Positions 24,073 to 34,884 of a stretch of DNA of 64,000 bases are shown piece after piece (the first letter of the stretch is position 1; every line of letters starts with the position of its first letter). Both the position numbers and the translations under genes were made by a program. The notes beneath the pieces were generated by a model. The model searched no databases and was not told where the DNA came from. It worked only from the letters and a program-made list of their open reading frames with translations. The DNA comes from Podarcis filfolensis (Eukaryota), in assembly GCA_964270895.1 (NCBI GenBank), contig OZ185436.1. One strand, given 5' to 3'.

Positions 24073-25344
24073 ATAGGAGGGCTGTAGCAGAGAGGGGAAA
24101 GATGTTCTGATGCGCAAGCGGAAATCTGTTACAGAACTGCAGCATTACTTAATTTTGCCCTAAAGGAGGAATATTTGAACTAGCCAATGACATATCAGAG
24201 AGAGAGGAGAAATGTATTTTTTGTGCAGGCAAACAGCCAGATAGTAACGCAACAATGCCCTACTTGTTCTTTTACTTTCGTCAGCCAGCCATATTCCTCT
24301 ACATACTATAGATCAGGGCTCTAATGTGATTTCTTATGAGAGAAATATGGAGATATCAAATAACTGCTTTGTTAACAAAGAGGTTTCACCCTCCCCAGAC
24401 ATCTCTCTACTGCAGATTTTTGAAACGCCATGGGAAATGTTTGTTAATGACTATGAGTATTCTGTTTTTCCACCCTTCCCTCTGCTTTCTTCCCTACAAA
24501 AAACAAAATTATTCAACTTCCGTTTATATACTTTGGCCTTTGGTCCGGCTGTTGGGACAAAAATATATGAAAGCTGACACAGTGACTCTAAACATGGCAG
24601 TCTCCCGAAATCAATGCTCCTTAACATTTAGTAGTTGGGGAATGCAAACAAGGCACTGTTTTTAAAAGGAACACGAACTGGCACATGGAGACAATTATCC
24701 CATAGGGAGGATGCGCTCAAGCTAGGACAATGGAAGAAGTTGATGGGGAAACAAAACAGGAATAGACAATTCCATAACCTCCCCTTGTCTCAGTCCCCCA
24801 AGACTGAAGACAGAATAATGATAAATATAGAACATGCTGACTGGCTCACACCAGACCAAATAGGTTTCAATTACATGTTCTTGCACAAGAACTACCATGA
24901 TCTCCAGACCTGATGCAGTGATTCTCAAAATGTGGGGTTGGCCTCCCTTAGGAAAGGCACATTCCAGGAAAAATAGGATTCTGAGACAGGGAAAGGACTC
25001 GGTAGTTAGAGCACATGTTCTGCATGAATCATAAAATTATACAATTGCAGAGTTTGAGAAACTTGACAAGACATGCAGGGTTTCTTAGAGGCTATCAGAA
25101 AGAAGCTATATGCATATCACTCAAGAAACCACAATCCAATGAAAATGGGTGTAGTGAGCTCCCAAGCCCCTGACTCAAATCTTACTGTAGGCACAAATTT
25201 ACTAGGAGTCATAGGTATGCCATCAGTTTCTCAGCCTCTGTCTTCTCTCCACTACCATCAATTGGCAATATGGAGATAATTACAGGTCTGTTGTACAAAT
25301 AACAGAGATATTATGTGTGATGTAACTTTAAATGCGCTGTACAT

Positions 25345-25788
25345 GCAGGTCCTGCTTACTGAACACAATCCATTCCCACAATCATTTGGTAGACAACTGT
25401 TTGCATAACGAGCCCATGGTGTCCATTGATTTCTATGGGAACATTCCTAATTCGGGATTGCTCCAATCTCCCCACCCCCACTTTCCCCTCCAATGGTTTC
25501 TTCCTGAAATGTCTACAGCCAACCAACAAAGAGAGACAAAGGGGGGAACTTATTTTTCCAATAGCTCCTGCTCTCTGTTTCACCCAATCTTCCCCTCCCT
25601 GAATGGCTTCTGCCCCAAAATGGCTGCCGCCGACCAGCAAAGCAGAAACAAGCAAGAAATTAAGGAAGTGGGCCAACTGTCTGTTTGGATATCAGAATCA
25701 GAACCTGGAGTGTATAGTAGAGTTTGGGGATAATTATGTTTGGATAAGTGACCTTTCGCATAGCAAGCATACAGATAGCAGGACCTGC
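25345..25788. mobile_element. Decayed DNA-transposon-like (Tigger-like) element
   Basis: 12-bp perfect inverted repeat GCAGGTCCTGCT / AGCAGGACCTGC near the ends. The exact termini are uncertain. Confidence 0.45.
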
Positions 25789-25852
25789 TTGCATATAAAA
25801 TATTGTCATAATCACTGCCACCTCATTTCTGACACACCCTTCACCAGTACGT

Positions 25853-26235
25853 GGGCATGTTTAGCCTGGAGAAGAGGAGGTTAAGGGGTGATATGATAGC
25901 CATGTTCAAATATATAAAAGGATGTCACATAGAGGAGGGAGAAAGGTTGTTTTCTGCTGCTCCAGAAAAGCGGACACGGAGCAATGGATCCAAACTACAA
26001 GAAAGAAGATTCCACCTAAACATTAGGAAGAACTTCCTGACAGTAAGAGCTGTTCGACAGTGGAATTTGCTGCCAAGGAGTGTGGTGGAGTCTCCTTCTT
26101 TGGAGGTCTTTAAGCAGAGGCTTGACATCCATATGTCAGGAGTGCTCTGATGGTGTTTCCTGCTTGGCAGGGGGTTGGACTCGATGGCCCTTGTGGTCTC
26201 TTCCAACTCTATGATTCTATGATTCTATGATTCTA
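25853..26235 (+). mobile_element. CR1 LINE 3-prime end (ORF2 C-terminus, 3-prime UTR and (ATTCTATG)n tail)
   Basis: ORF GMFSLEKRRLRGDMIAMFKYIKG...LEVFKQRLD is uninterrupted, with an octamer tail. TACGT occurs on both sides. Confidence 0.93.
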
Positions 26236-26848
26236 CGTCCCATTACAACAATTTAAAGTTCAGTATTAAAAAAAAACAGTTAAATGACCGTCATAGGACT
26301 AGGGTGGGTCCTGAAAACACACATTTCAGGTGTCAAAGGTCAGGGTAAGAGGTATTTCATGATGAATCATGCTGTGATATACTAGAAGGGCTGATCACAC
26401 CACTAGGTGGAGTGAGTTTGTTGGCCAGGCAGCTGATTTTGGATGCAATGGTAGCAAATTGTGATTTCATTTATTACTGCTGTAGTTTTATTACTGGGAA
26501 GAGACCCTGAGGCATTTTCTGCCAAAAATAATTGGACCAGCCTTGGGTACTGTGCACCATGGATTTGAGGGTAAGGGCCGTACTTACTGTTCCCCTTCTG
26601 TGTGATCAGGGCGGCAAAGGTGGCAAAGGCTCTGTGTTTGCTTCAGATGGGACGTTGCCTGCTTCCGGTGGAAATGCAACCAAGCAAGAACTCAATCATT
26701 CCCTGTACTATTGGTCTAGGACAAGAGACTTCTTTTGTTCTCATATTTCAGCTGGGGGTAGCTTTTAAATTTGCCGGTGGCTTCTCTACCCTAAAGAATC
26801 GTGCTGTAACCCACCGTGTGATCTTCAGTATATGAATTTAATAAACAA

Positions 26849-27168
26849 TGTTGTTGTTTAGTCATTTAGTCATATCCGACTCTTCGTGACCCCATGGACC
26901 AGAGCACGCCAGGCACTCCTGTCTTCCACTGCCTCCCGCAGTTTGGTCAGACTCATGTTTGTAGCTTCGAGAACACTATCCAACCATCTCGTCCTCTGTC
27001 GTCCCCTTCTCCTTGTGCCCTCCATCTTTCCCAACATCAGGGTCTTTTCCAGGGAGTCTTCTCTTCTCATGAGGTGGCCAAAGTATTGGAGCTTCAGCTT
27101 CAGGATCTGTCCTTCCAGTGAGGACTCAGGGCTGATTTCCTTCAGAATGGATAGGTTTGATCTTCTTG
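26849..27168 (-). mobile_element. BovB (RTE) LINE 3-prime fragment
   Basis: ORF MRREDSLEKTLMLGKMEGTRRRGRQRTRWLDSV...WRALVHGVTKSR and a (CAA)n tail. Confidence 0.93.
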
Positions 27169-28266
27169 TTTCTCTGAGTTATTCAAGCCCCTTTGCCACG
27201 ACAAGGCAGTGATCCATGAAAGAGTAATACACAATGATAATAAATAGGCCAACCACCACTATATCCTTTGGTCAAAGCCCTTCCTGAGACTTTAGAAGGG
27301 CATTGTGGGGAGAAAACTTAAATGAATTTGAAAATCTTATCTTATTTCCTTGTAGCTCTCAAAAGCAGGAGCATTTCTACATTTTATATATATATTTTGT
27401 ATCACATTTTCCCCACCAGGGGGAGCATGAAGTCCTTGCTGTTGAAAACAAGGCAATGATTCAGATATAAAGCATTTGATTTATTTTTCTGACAAAAATT
27501 CAAGAATATTTGTTTGGTCTGCGTTTTGTTTACTTCAGGTTCCCCTGAGATTTATTTTCAAGCTCTACAAGTGTGTGCGCACGCACGCACACACACATAC
27601 ATATACAGGGATAAAACCACGCTTTTACAAGCCCAGTTGTCCTCTGAAGCCTCGCTGGCCAAGCCCAGGATGACAGCCATGTTTTCATTAGAACAATCCT
27701 AGCTGAGCAAATACAGAGCTCAGATAGGAAAAACTGAGGGCTCAGTACTTCTGACTCAGGACAAACTCCCATTTTCTCTAGTGAAGTCATTTCCTTGTGA
27801 CTCGTCTGGGAATATCCACAGATAATGGTTTACAGAATTGCGTGTGTGTCAACAATGAAATTATTCCTCTAAAATGGCTTCATTCCACTCTGAAGAAGCC
27901 AGAAATACACAACCGCACCTCTCTTTCCATCAAAAAGCTATCAACTCTTGGTCCCCACAGTGAAATACATGCACATTTTAAAATAAACAAGTGCGGTTGA
28001 TGCGGCTCCCGTTTGTCTTCCATAGGGTTTCTCTGCTTGTTTGCCATGGTCTCATTTCTTTGTTTATTCACTCAAATCAATGTTTGGGATTGTTTATATA
28101 TTTTCGTCTACGTTGCATTGTGTTGAAAAGCTCCTTGTTTGTTCTGTCTGCCCTTGACTTCACCGGCTAACTGGAAAATAAATAACTGTCCATTTGTAGC
28201 TGGGTTTGGTGGGCAGACTAATGTAACTACACAATGCGAAAAAGATTTGAGGCATTCATAAATCAA

Positions 28267-28331
28267 AGGAAGGAAGGAAGGAAGGAAGGAAGGAAGGAAG
28301 GAAGGAAGGAAGGAAGGAAGGAAGGAAGGAA
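28267..28331. repeat. (GGAA)n microsatellite
   Basis: Read directly from the sequence. Confidence 0.95.
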
Positions 28332-28696
28332 TCCTAACATAAGCTTTGCTATGTTTTCATCACACCACCAAGCTATGGGTCATATTCACTCAGTGTAAAC
28401 CAACTGAAATGAATGACCATGGCTAATTTAAGTCCATTCATTTCAGTGAGTCTACTTTGAGTAGACATTCGTTGACTACAATCCTATAATTCCTGTGATT
28501 CTTCAGGGTAAGCCAAATTGGCCTATAAAAGAGATACATTTATAGTTTTGGCATGACCTCATTGTCCGTCTTTGCAGAGAAAAGCATTATATTCAGATGT
28601 CAATTATTTTAGCAATGAACAACCCACTGTGGAAGTGCAACTCACTGTGTTTGTATTTCTAAACAATCATATCTTCTGGATCAAGCTCAGGGGAAA

Positions 28697-28843
28697 CTAA
28701 GGTGGAATCTACACACATATAAAAAAGCTGTGAAAAATACATTGAATTTTGCATAGTTCACTTTCGTCATCTAGTCTCACATTTGTATATTGCACTCTAC
28801 AACACATTTAAGATGTTTTATTTGCAGCCGTGTAGCTGAGTCC
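28697..28843. mobile_element. Short interspersed MITE-like repeat, copy 1 (copy 2 at 43491-43641)
   Basis: Both copies start ctaaggtggaatctacacacatataaaa and end ttttatttgcagc.gt.tagctgagtcc. Confidence 0.7.
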
Positions 28844-30734
28844 CAATTCACTCTGTCTACAGCAGAAGTCATTTGTGTAGAGTTGGTTAAGAATGGGAGA
28901 GCATTTCAATTCAGTTTCATTAAAGTACAATTGATTTCATACATTCCAAAACAATGACAGCACCAAAACAAGTATAACCATCGAAATCTGCACTTATCTG
29001 AATTTTTCAAGGGAGTTCTCCAGCCAAACAATATTTACAAAAATGCATCTGTTGCTGGAAATTATGTACTAAAGTGCATTGTATTAGGAGAAATCACTAG
29101 CAAAAATGCATATTCAAACTGTATACAAATATGTGTCAGGAGAAATTCACACTAAAATGCTGAATAATTTTCATGATTTATTTTTTTCAAATTGCTAGTT
29201 GCTGCAGGACTGAATTTAAGAATGAAAAAATGAGAAACTGAAAGAAACAAAATTGGCAAATCCTTCCATCTCTAGTGCTGATTGGGCTGTAGATGTGACA
29301 TCATTAATCCACCTCCCATAAAACAATTTTTGCCGTGTTTTAAATTTTATTCTCCTGTTTTGAAGTAACATATTGATGTATATTCAACCGAATGATGGAA
29401 CAAATTCTGATTTCTCACTCTGGGCTGCCTGACCACCAAAGTGGAAAATAACAACCAAGAGAGACTAGAATAGTCTGGAGGAAACTGAGGACCCCCTCCT
29501 CTTATGCCAGATATGAAAGCTCAAATCTCTGTTTCTGAAGCGGGAATTAAAAAAAAAACCCATAACAATTAGAAATGAGAAGAATAAAACTAAGCAGTGT
29601 TAACTTGTCAATTTTAATCAAAACCATAACTTTTCAACTGCTTGGCCTTTAACCACCCAGCCACAATGTGCCCCCTTCTCCTCCTGCCTTTCATAGCTCA
29701 GCATAGCCCATGAGGACAAAAACAAGCAAAAAGTAAGTATATCTTGTAATGCCAAAGTAAACACAAGTGTTTATTATTTTTTGCTGGAGCAGAAATGTCA
29801 AGGATTCACCCGGCCTTTTCTGTCCGCAACCTACATGCCCCTTGTAGATACCTGAAATATGTCACCTCCGCAAATTGTATACATCCTGATGCATTAAGCG
29901 GGTGGGGGAAAGTGAAGAAGAAAAATCTTTGTGTGGCCATCGAGAAAGGTGGTGTTGATTTTATGGCTGGCTGCTGCTAATACCACCCAGGTTCTTATTT
30001 CAGGCTGTGGCCATATTTAGTGCACAGATTTCTAACCACATCTTTTTCACAGTCCTGCAATAACATATAGTATTTTAAAAATGTATACAGATAAAAATGA
30101 ATGAGCCACTGGAATGAGCACAGGTGTGAGGATCGGAATAATTCCCCAAACTTTTCCACAATGTGGTACAAATATTAAGTCTGTCTGAGTAAAATGCAAT
30201 ATTCCTTTTTCTGGATTGAAACTATCCCATCTTCAGCATTATGTGTCACACCTGTATCCTTCAAATGGCTCAGTGCAGTGTATACTCGGTTCTCAATTTG
30301 CCTCACAACAACCCTGTGAGGTAGGTTAGCTAAGGCTGCAATCTTAAATGCACAAATTAATAAGTCCCATCAAACTAAAAGGAAAACATACAAAAGATTG
30401 CTCTGTAAGAGGATTATTGTTACTTGGGCAGGTCAGTATTATCCCCACATTCCGCATGGGGAAGCTGAGGCTGCAAGATTAAGACACCCCTAGTGCATTT
30501 ATAGTTGTGACATTTCAACCACTTAGTTCTCAGCTCACATTCTTGGGGATGTTTATGCTATGTGAAGTTTAAAATGCCTCTAAACCTCTCCCATTCTCTT
30601 TGTGCAAATATTTGATCATTGTTAACACAGAAGAGAATAGTGGTTTGATTTTTTTCTAATTGTGTATGAGCGTTCTAGACTATAGGTTTTACTTTCAAAT
30701 TACAAACTCACTGTAAACCTCATGGTGGGGATTA

Positions 30735-30983
30735 CAGTGGTACCTGTACTTATGTGCACCTCTTCTTGCGTATCCTTCGGGATACGCACGCGGCAAACTC
30801 AGAAGTATATTTCCGGGTTTCGCCCCGCATGCATGTGCAGAAACGCTCTACGCGCCACATGCATGCGCAGAAGCGCTTTTTCGCACCTTGCACATGCACA
30901 GAAGCGGCACCTCCGGTTGCAGAAACCTCGGGATCCGACCAGAGCTCCAGAACAGATCCCGTCAGCAACCGGCGGTACCACTG
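30735..30983. mobile_element. Tigger/pogo-like MITE, CpG-rich, with three internal GCATGCGCAGAAG-like units
   Basis: TA|CAGTGGTACC ... GGTACCACTG|TA. Confidence 0.85.
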
Positions 30984-32271
30984 TATATTCTATTTTTGTA
31001 GGGTGGTCTTCAATAAATGTGTCTCTACAGTGCATGGGTATCTATTTGGGCAGTGGGACTTTCCCCCTCTTCCCACCCCCCACCCCCAGATCTGCTCCAG
31101 GGTGTTGGCAGAACCCCTAGAACAAATTTAAGGGGTACACAGGGTGAGTTCTGTTGTTCAAGCAGAAATCCTTGCACTAATAGGGACGTGACTTAGCCCT
31201 TCTTTGAATATAACCTTTAGTCACTAGGTGGCACTAGGCTTAGTTGTGTCTGGATGGAGTCAAGAGTTTCCTCTTGCTGTTTTTTTCCCCTCTGGCTTCC
31301 TGACTAGTCTGACTTCTATGCCTCCCATGCAGCTTCATAGCTAAAGGGGGATTAAAAATCCCACATCCAAAGACAACACTCCTGTCATTCTACTAGTGAC
31401 TCCTCACAACGCCCTTCCTCCTGTACAAATTAGCACAGCTTCAAGCCCTCACCTCTAAATGTTCATGCATGTGCTGTTTTATAAAATGAGGCTAAAATAC
31501 TAAAAAGCATATTTGCTATAGCTTCTATGTAAACTAATTAGACAAATTAATTGCAGGATTTTATATAAAGGCCTGCTTCTGTTTTAAAATTCCTGTGCAG
31601 GAAATACTACCAATTCTGGGAAGACAAAACAAATAAGCAAGCAAGTTTCAGTGAAGCTATTTTGATAACCTTTTAAAATAGGTGGCTCACCGTAGATTAG
31701 GATGCCAAAAAACAGTTTGGCCCCATCATGCTGCTTCCTCCTTGGTCTGTATTTCTGAAGGGATCTCCAAAGAAAGCTGTGCTTAACTTAGAGATCACCT
31801 CCTTGTTTATTTCCCATCATCAAAATAATATTGCACTCTCAAATACAAAATCTATGTGTAATGTAGATGTCATTTCCTAGCTGAAATGCTGCCTAAGGTA
31901 ACATAACCACATAAGGCAAGCCCTGCAGTTTCAGATGTGGGGCTCATTCAGACAACCGGCTTATTGGACATTCACCCTGCTTTTGTTCCACTTTGTTTGC
32001 AGGGCAGTTATATGACAGTGTTAATCCTGATTTGCTTGTGTGGTGGTTGTGGGTCTTCCTGTGAATCATTCATTCATCCTTCATGTGTATGCGCATATAG
32101 AAATTGCTGGGGAAAATAAAATCCTACACTTGCCTTCCCAGAAATTGATGTGTTCTCTTACGTTCACTGACTTTGCACAGAAAGAGGGGACTCCCTGTGG
32201 CTTTTCCTTAACTTTAGGGGTCTTTAGAGGAAGCGAGTCTTTAGGGGAAGAGATTTCCAATGGCCAAGCAT

Positions 32272-32462
32272 GAGAAAGGACCATAGCTCAGTGGTAGAAC
32301 TTCTGCTTTGCGTGCAGAAATTCCCATGTTCAATCTCTGACATCTCCAGGTACAGCTAGAAAAAAGTAGCGTCTGAAACCCTGGAAAGCTGCTGCCAGCC
32401 AGTGCAGAGAATACTCAACTAGATGGACCAGTGATCTGAATTCAGGCAGCTTCCTACATCCA
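32272..32462 (+). mobile_element. tRNA-derived (Squam3-like) SINE, near full length
   Basis: ggaccatagctcagtggtagaac...gttcaatc A/B-box head and a ctagatggaccagtgatctga...aggcagcttcctacat tail. Confidence 0.75.
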
Positions 32463-32627
32463 TATATACACCATCCAGAAGATGTTTTTATTAAATTGTC
32501 ATTTGCTACTCAGGGAGGGTGTAGAATAATTATCATACTGCTATCTGTCCTGAGCCCTGTCCAGAGAAATGCAAAGAGATGGTGAAGCCTAAAACCAAAA
32601 TGAAATGGAGTAAGTATTGGTCTAGAC

Positions 32628-32763
32628 CAGGCATCCCCAAACTCAGCCCTCCAGCTGTTTTCGGATTACAATTCCCATCATCCCTGACCACTGGTCCTGT
32701 TAGCTAGGGATGATCGGAGTTGTAGTCCCAAAACAGCTGGAGGGCCGAGTTTGGGGGTGCCTG
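32628..32763. mobile_element. 136-bp palindromic hAT-type MITE
   Basis: TIR CAGGCATCCCCAAACTC..., TSD GTCTAGAC / GTCTAGAA. Confidence 0.9.
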
Positions 32764-34765
32764 GTCTAGAAGCAGCCTGTTATTCAGTCCATGGATCGGC
32801 ATAAGCTGAATCGCAGGACTAAGTTGTGGCTTTACTGAGAGCAGATAAAATATCAGCAATATATATCCACATGGACTGAAATTTTCATCCCTTATTCCCT
32901 GCTGGCCCATTGGACAGCATTCCTGTAGTAAATCACAACACTGAAAGTATATTTCATGTTACTATCAAATTTCAGTCAAGTGAGACATAAGACACTATGA
33001 AATTATTCACATATACTTGAAAAAGAGCCACCTTTTAGATACATTAGCACACATAAATTTATGGTTCCATCCACTAAATTTATTTTGCAGCTCTTTTGTT
33101 TTATGCTATTTTGTTCTAGTCAAGTGGTCTCTGTGGAGCAGTGAGTCACTGGATCTCTTCGACTTCTCAAGCAAACAAAGCCAAGAAAGAAAGAAAAATT
33201 ATCACCACCCTGGTTCCGGATCAAATAGGGAGAGTAGCTGAAGTTACAAAGTCCATTGTATGAGTGTATATAGAATGAGGGTAACACAAGCTGTGAGTTG
33301 CAGCAGCACAGTTTGTCTTGGCTCCAGGGAGCACCTTCAATTTTTCGGGTATCTCAATTTTCATATAAAATACTTGTATGTCATAGCTGTGGAGACAACC
33401 TTGAAAAGCATGCCTGCCTTATGCACCCCTAAGAGCATGAGCACCCACACAACCCCCCATTTTAATTTTAAATCTCATGTTTTTCAGCCAGGCTTGTTTG
33501 AGCTGCGAGTAACAACAGAGCTTTTGTTCACTCTCCTGGCTGTAACGCAGCAGTTGGGAGCAATGGAGGCCTGTCAGCAAAAAGCTTTCGAAACAAGGGG
33601 CATTCTGAGGCGGTCACGACTATTCTATGGAGTGGGGAATCACATATCTGAAAATAACCCTTAGAAAAACAAGGGAATTCTGGTAGCCCCAAGTTCACCT
33701 CACTTGGGGGCCTCTGTCCCCTGCAGGCAGCAACCTTGGCTCATGGATCGATTTCCTGCTCAATCTGAGCTTTGCTGTGGATATGACACACAGCAAAGCA
33801 TGGCTTTCTCACATGATCTTTTGAAGAAACCAGGGTACTCTCACAAGTCATTCACATCCATGCCTGAAGAGCTCTAGGAAAAATAGCAAAAACCACAGAG
33901 CTACCCGTCTCCGAGGGCTGTGTCCTGTGAATTTTTGCTCACCATTAGTTCGTTGTCTCCATGACTGATCAGCTGATCAGCATACCCATGTCTGACATAC
34001 ACATAATTGCGGCTATAAATTCCTCATGGTCTACCTTTATTATACAAGTGAATGATGGGTTCGCTCCCATGAGTGAAAATAGTAAAGTCATTGTGGTACT
34101 CCACCCCGCGTCTAAGAAGCAATACAACAGCTCACACAACCTCCAGGGAAGAATACGATAATGTACCCAATCACTAATGGAGCAGACTTGGTCCATCTAG
34201 TCCTATACTGTTTACTCTGACTGCCAGTTGCCCTCCAAGGCCTCAGTCAAAGGTCTTTCATAGATCCACTACCTGGAGAACTGGGAATACTTTGTCACAA
34301 AAGTTTTTGTTACAAACCTGCACCCTTTTTGAATTTCAAAGCAGTTCTCTAACTTCATCTTGGTATAAACTGTGATAGGTGCTTTTAAAAAAAAATCAGC
34401 CTATGGCAGGTCTTCTTTCAAGGTGTCACCACAAAAGGAAACCATCACAAGAAACATCACAACAGCCATATGAATTAATTGGCTCTAAATCAGACTCTGG
34501 TCCCAAATGTATGCAAGGTTGTATACACATCCTTGACACAGAACCCAGTAAGTTACTCTGCCGGAATGATAGGTGCTGTGCATCTGTTACACAAGAAGCA
34601 GTGCTACATGCTACAGGGAAAGGAAGGCTAGAAGCAAGTTCTAAATCTGAAAGAGTAATTATGGAGGGAAGTAATTATAGAGGGTTGTCTGATCCAATAC
34701 CACAACAAATACCCATGCTAGGCAACATTGCACAAACATTTCCACATGTCAGTTAGCAATAATAT

Positions 34766-34884
34766 TCATGACAGCTTGTCAGTTTTTGATGGATGATAGA
34801 AGATTCCGTTTTTGAAGTAGAAAGTATCCTTTACAATTCGGGATTTGCCATGGATTGGTGTCCTCATGTCCTTAACCACGTCTC
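34766..34884 (-). CDS. SPMIP1-like: SPMIP1-like coding exon 2 (119 nt to TGA)
   Basis: Acceptor atttatttttccag|GA, frame-compatible with exon 1, encodes the family-type FYxKNGIF C-terminal motif. It is too short to appear in the ORF track. Confidence 0.82.

Larger units (their letters stand above)
29697..33140 (+). other. Candidate spliced transcription unit of small exons (29697-29732, 29848-29948, 31090-31143, 32565-32609, 33120-33140)
   Basis: Good polypyrimidine-AG acceptors and GTAAGT/GTGAGT donors on four of the five segments. They join into an open Lys-rich frame. No recognised homology; could be pseudo-exons. Confidence 0.3.

Noticed and set aside
24635-24913. 92-aa intergenic ORF
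   Set aside because: No motif, splice context or homology that I can recognise, and the length is within chance expectation.
23060-26600. Minus-strand perfect donor at 26587 and acceptor at 23165 leading into a hydrophobic stretch (FQYIFMLILLLLARVV)
   Set aside because: There is no start codon or consistent frame linking them, no good downstream donor, and the frame runs into an L1 TSD.
32278-32350. tRNA-like sequences here and at about 9290, 14480, 19265, 39370 and 62090
   Set aside because: The cloverleaves are degenerate and each continues into a shared SINE body and tail, so these are SINE heads rather than tRNA genes.
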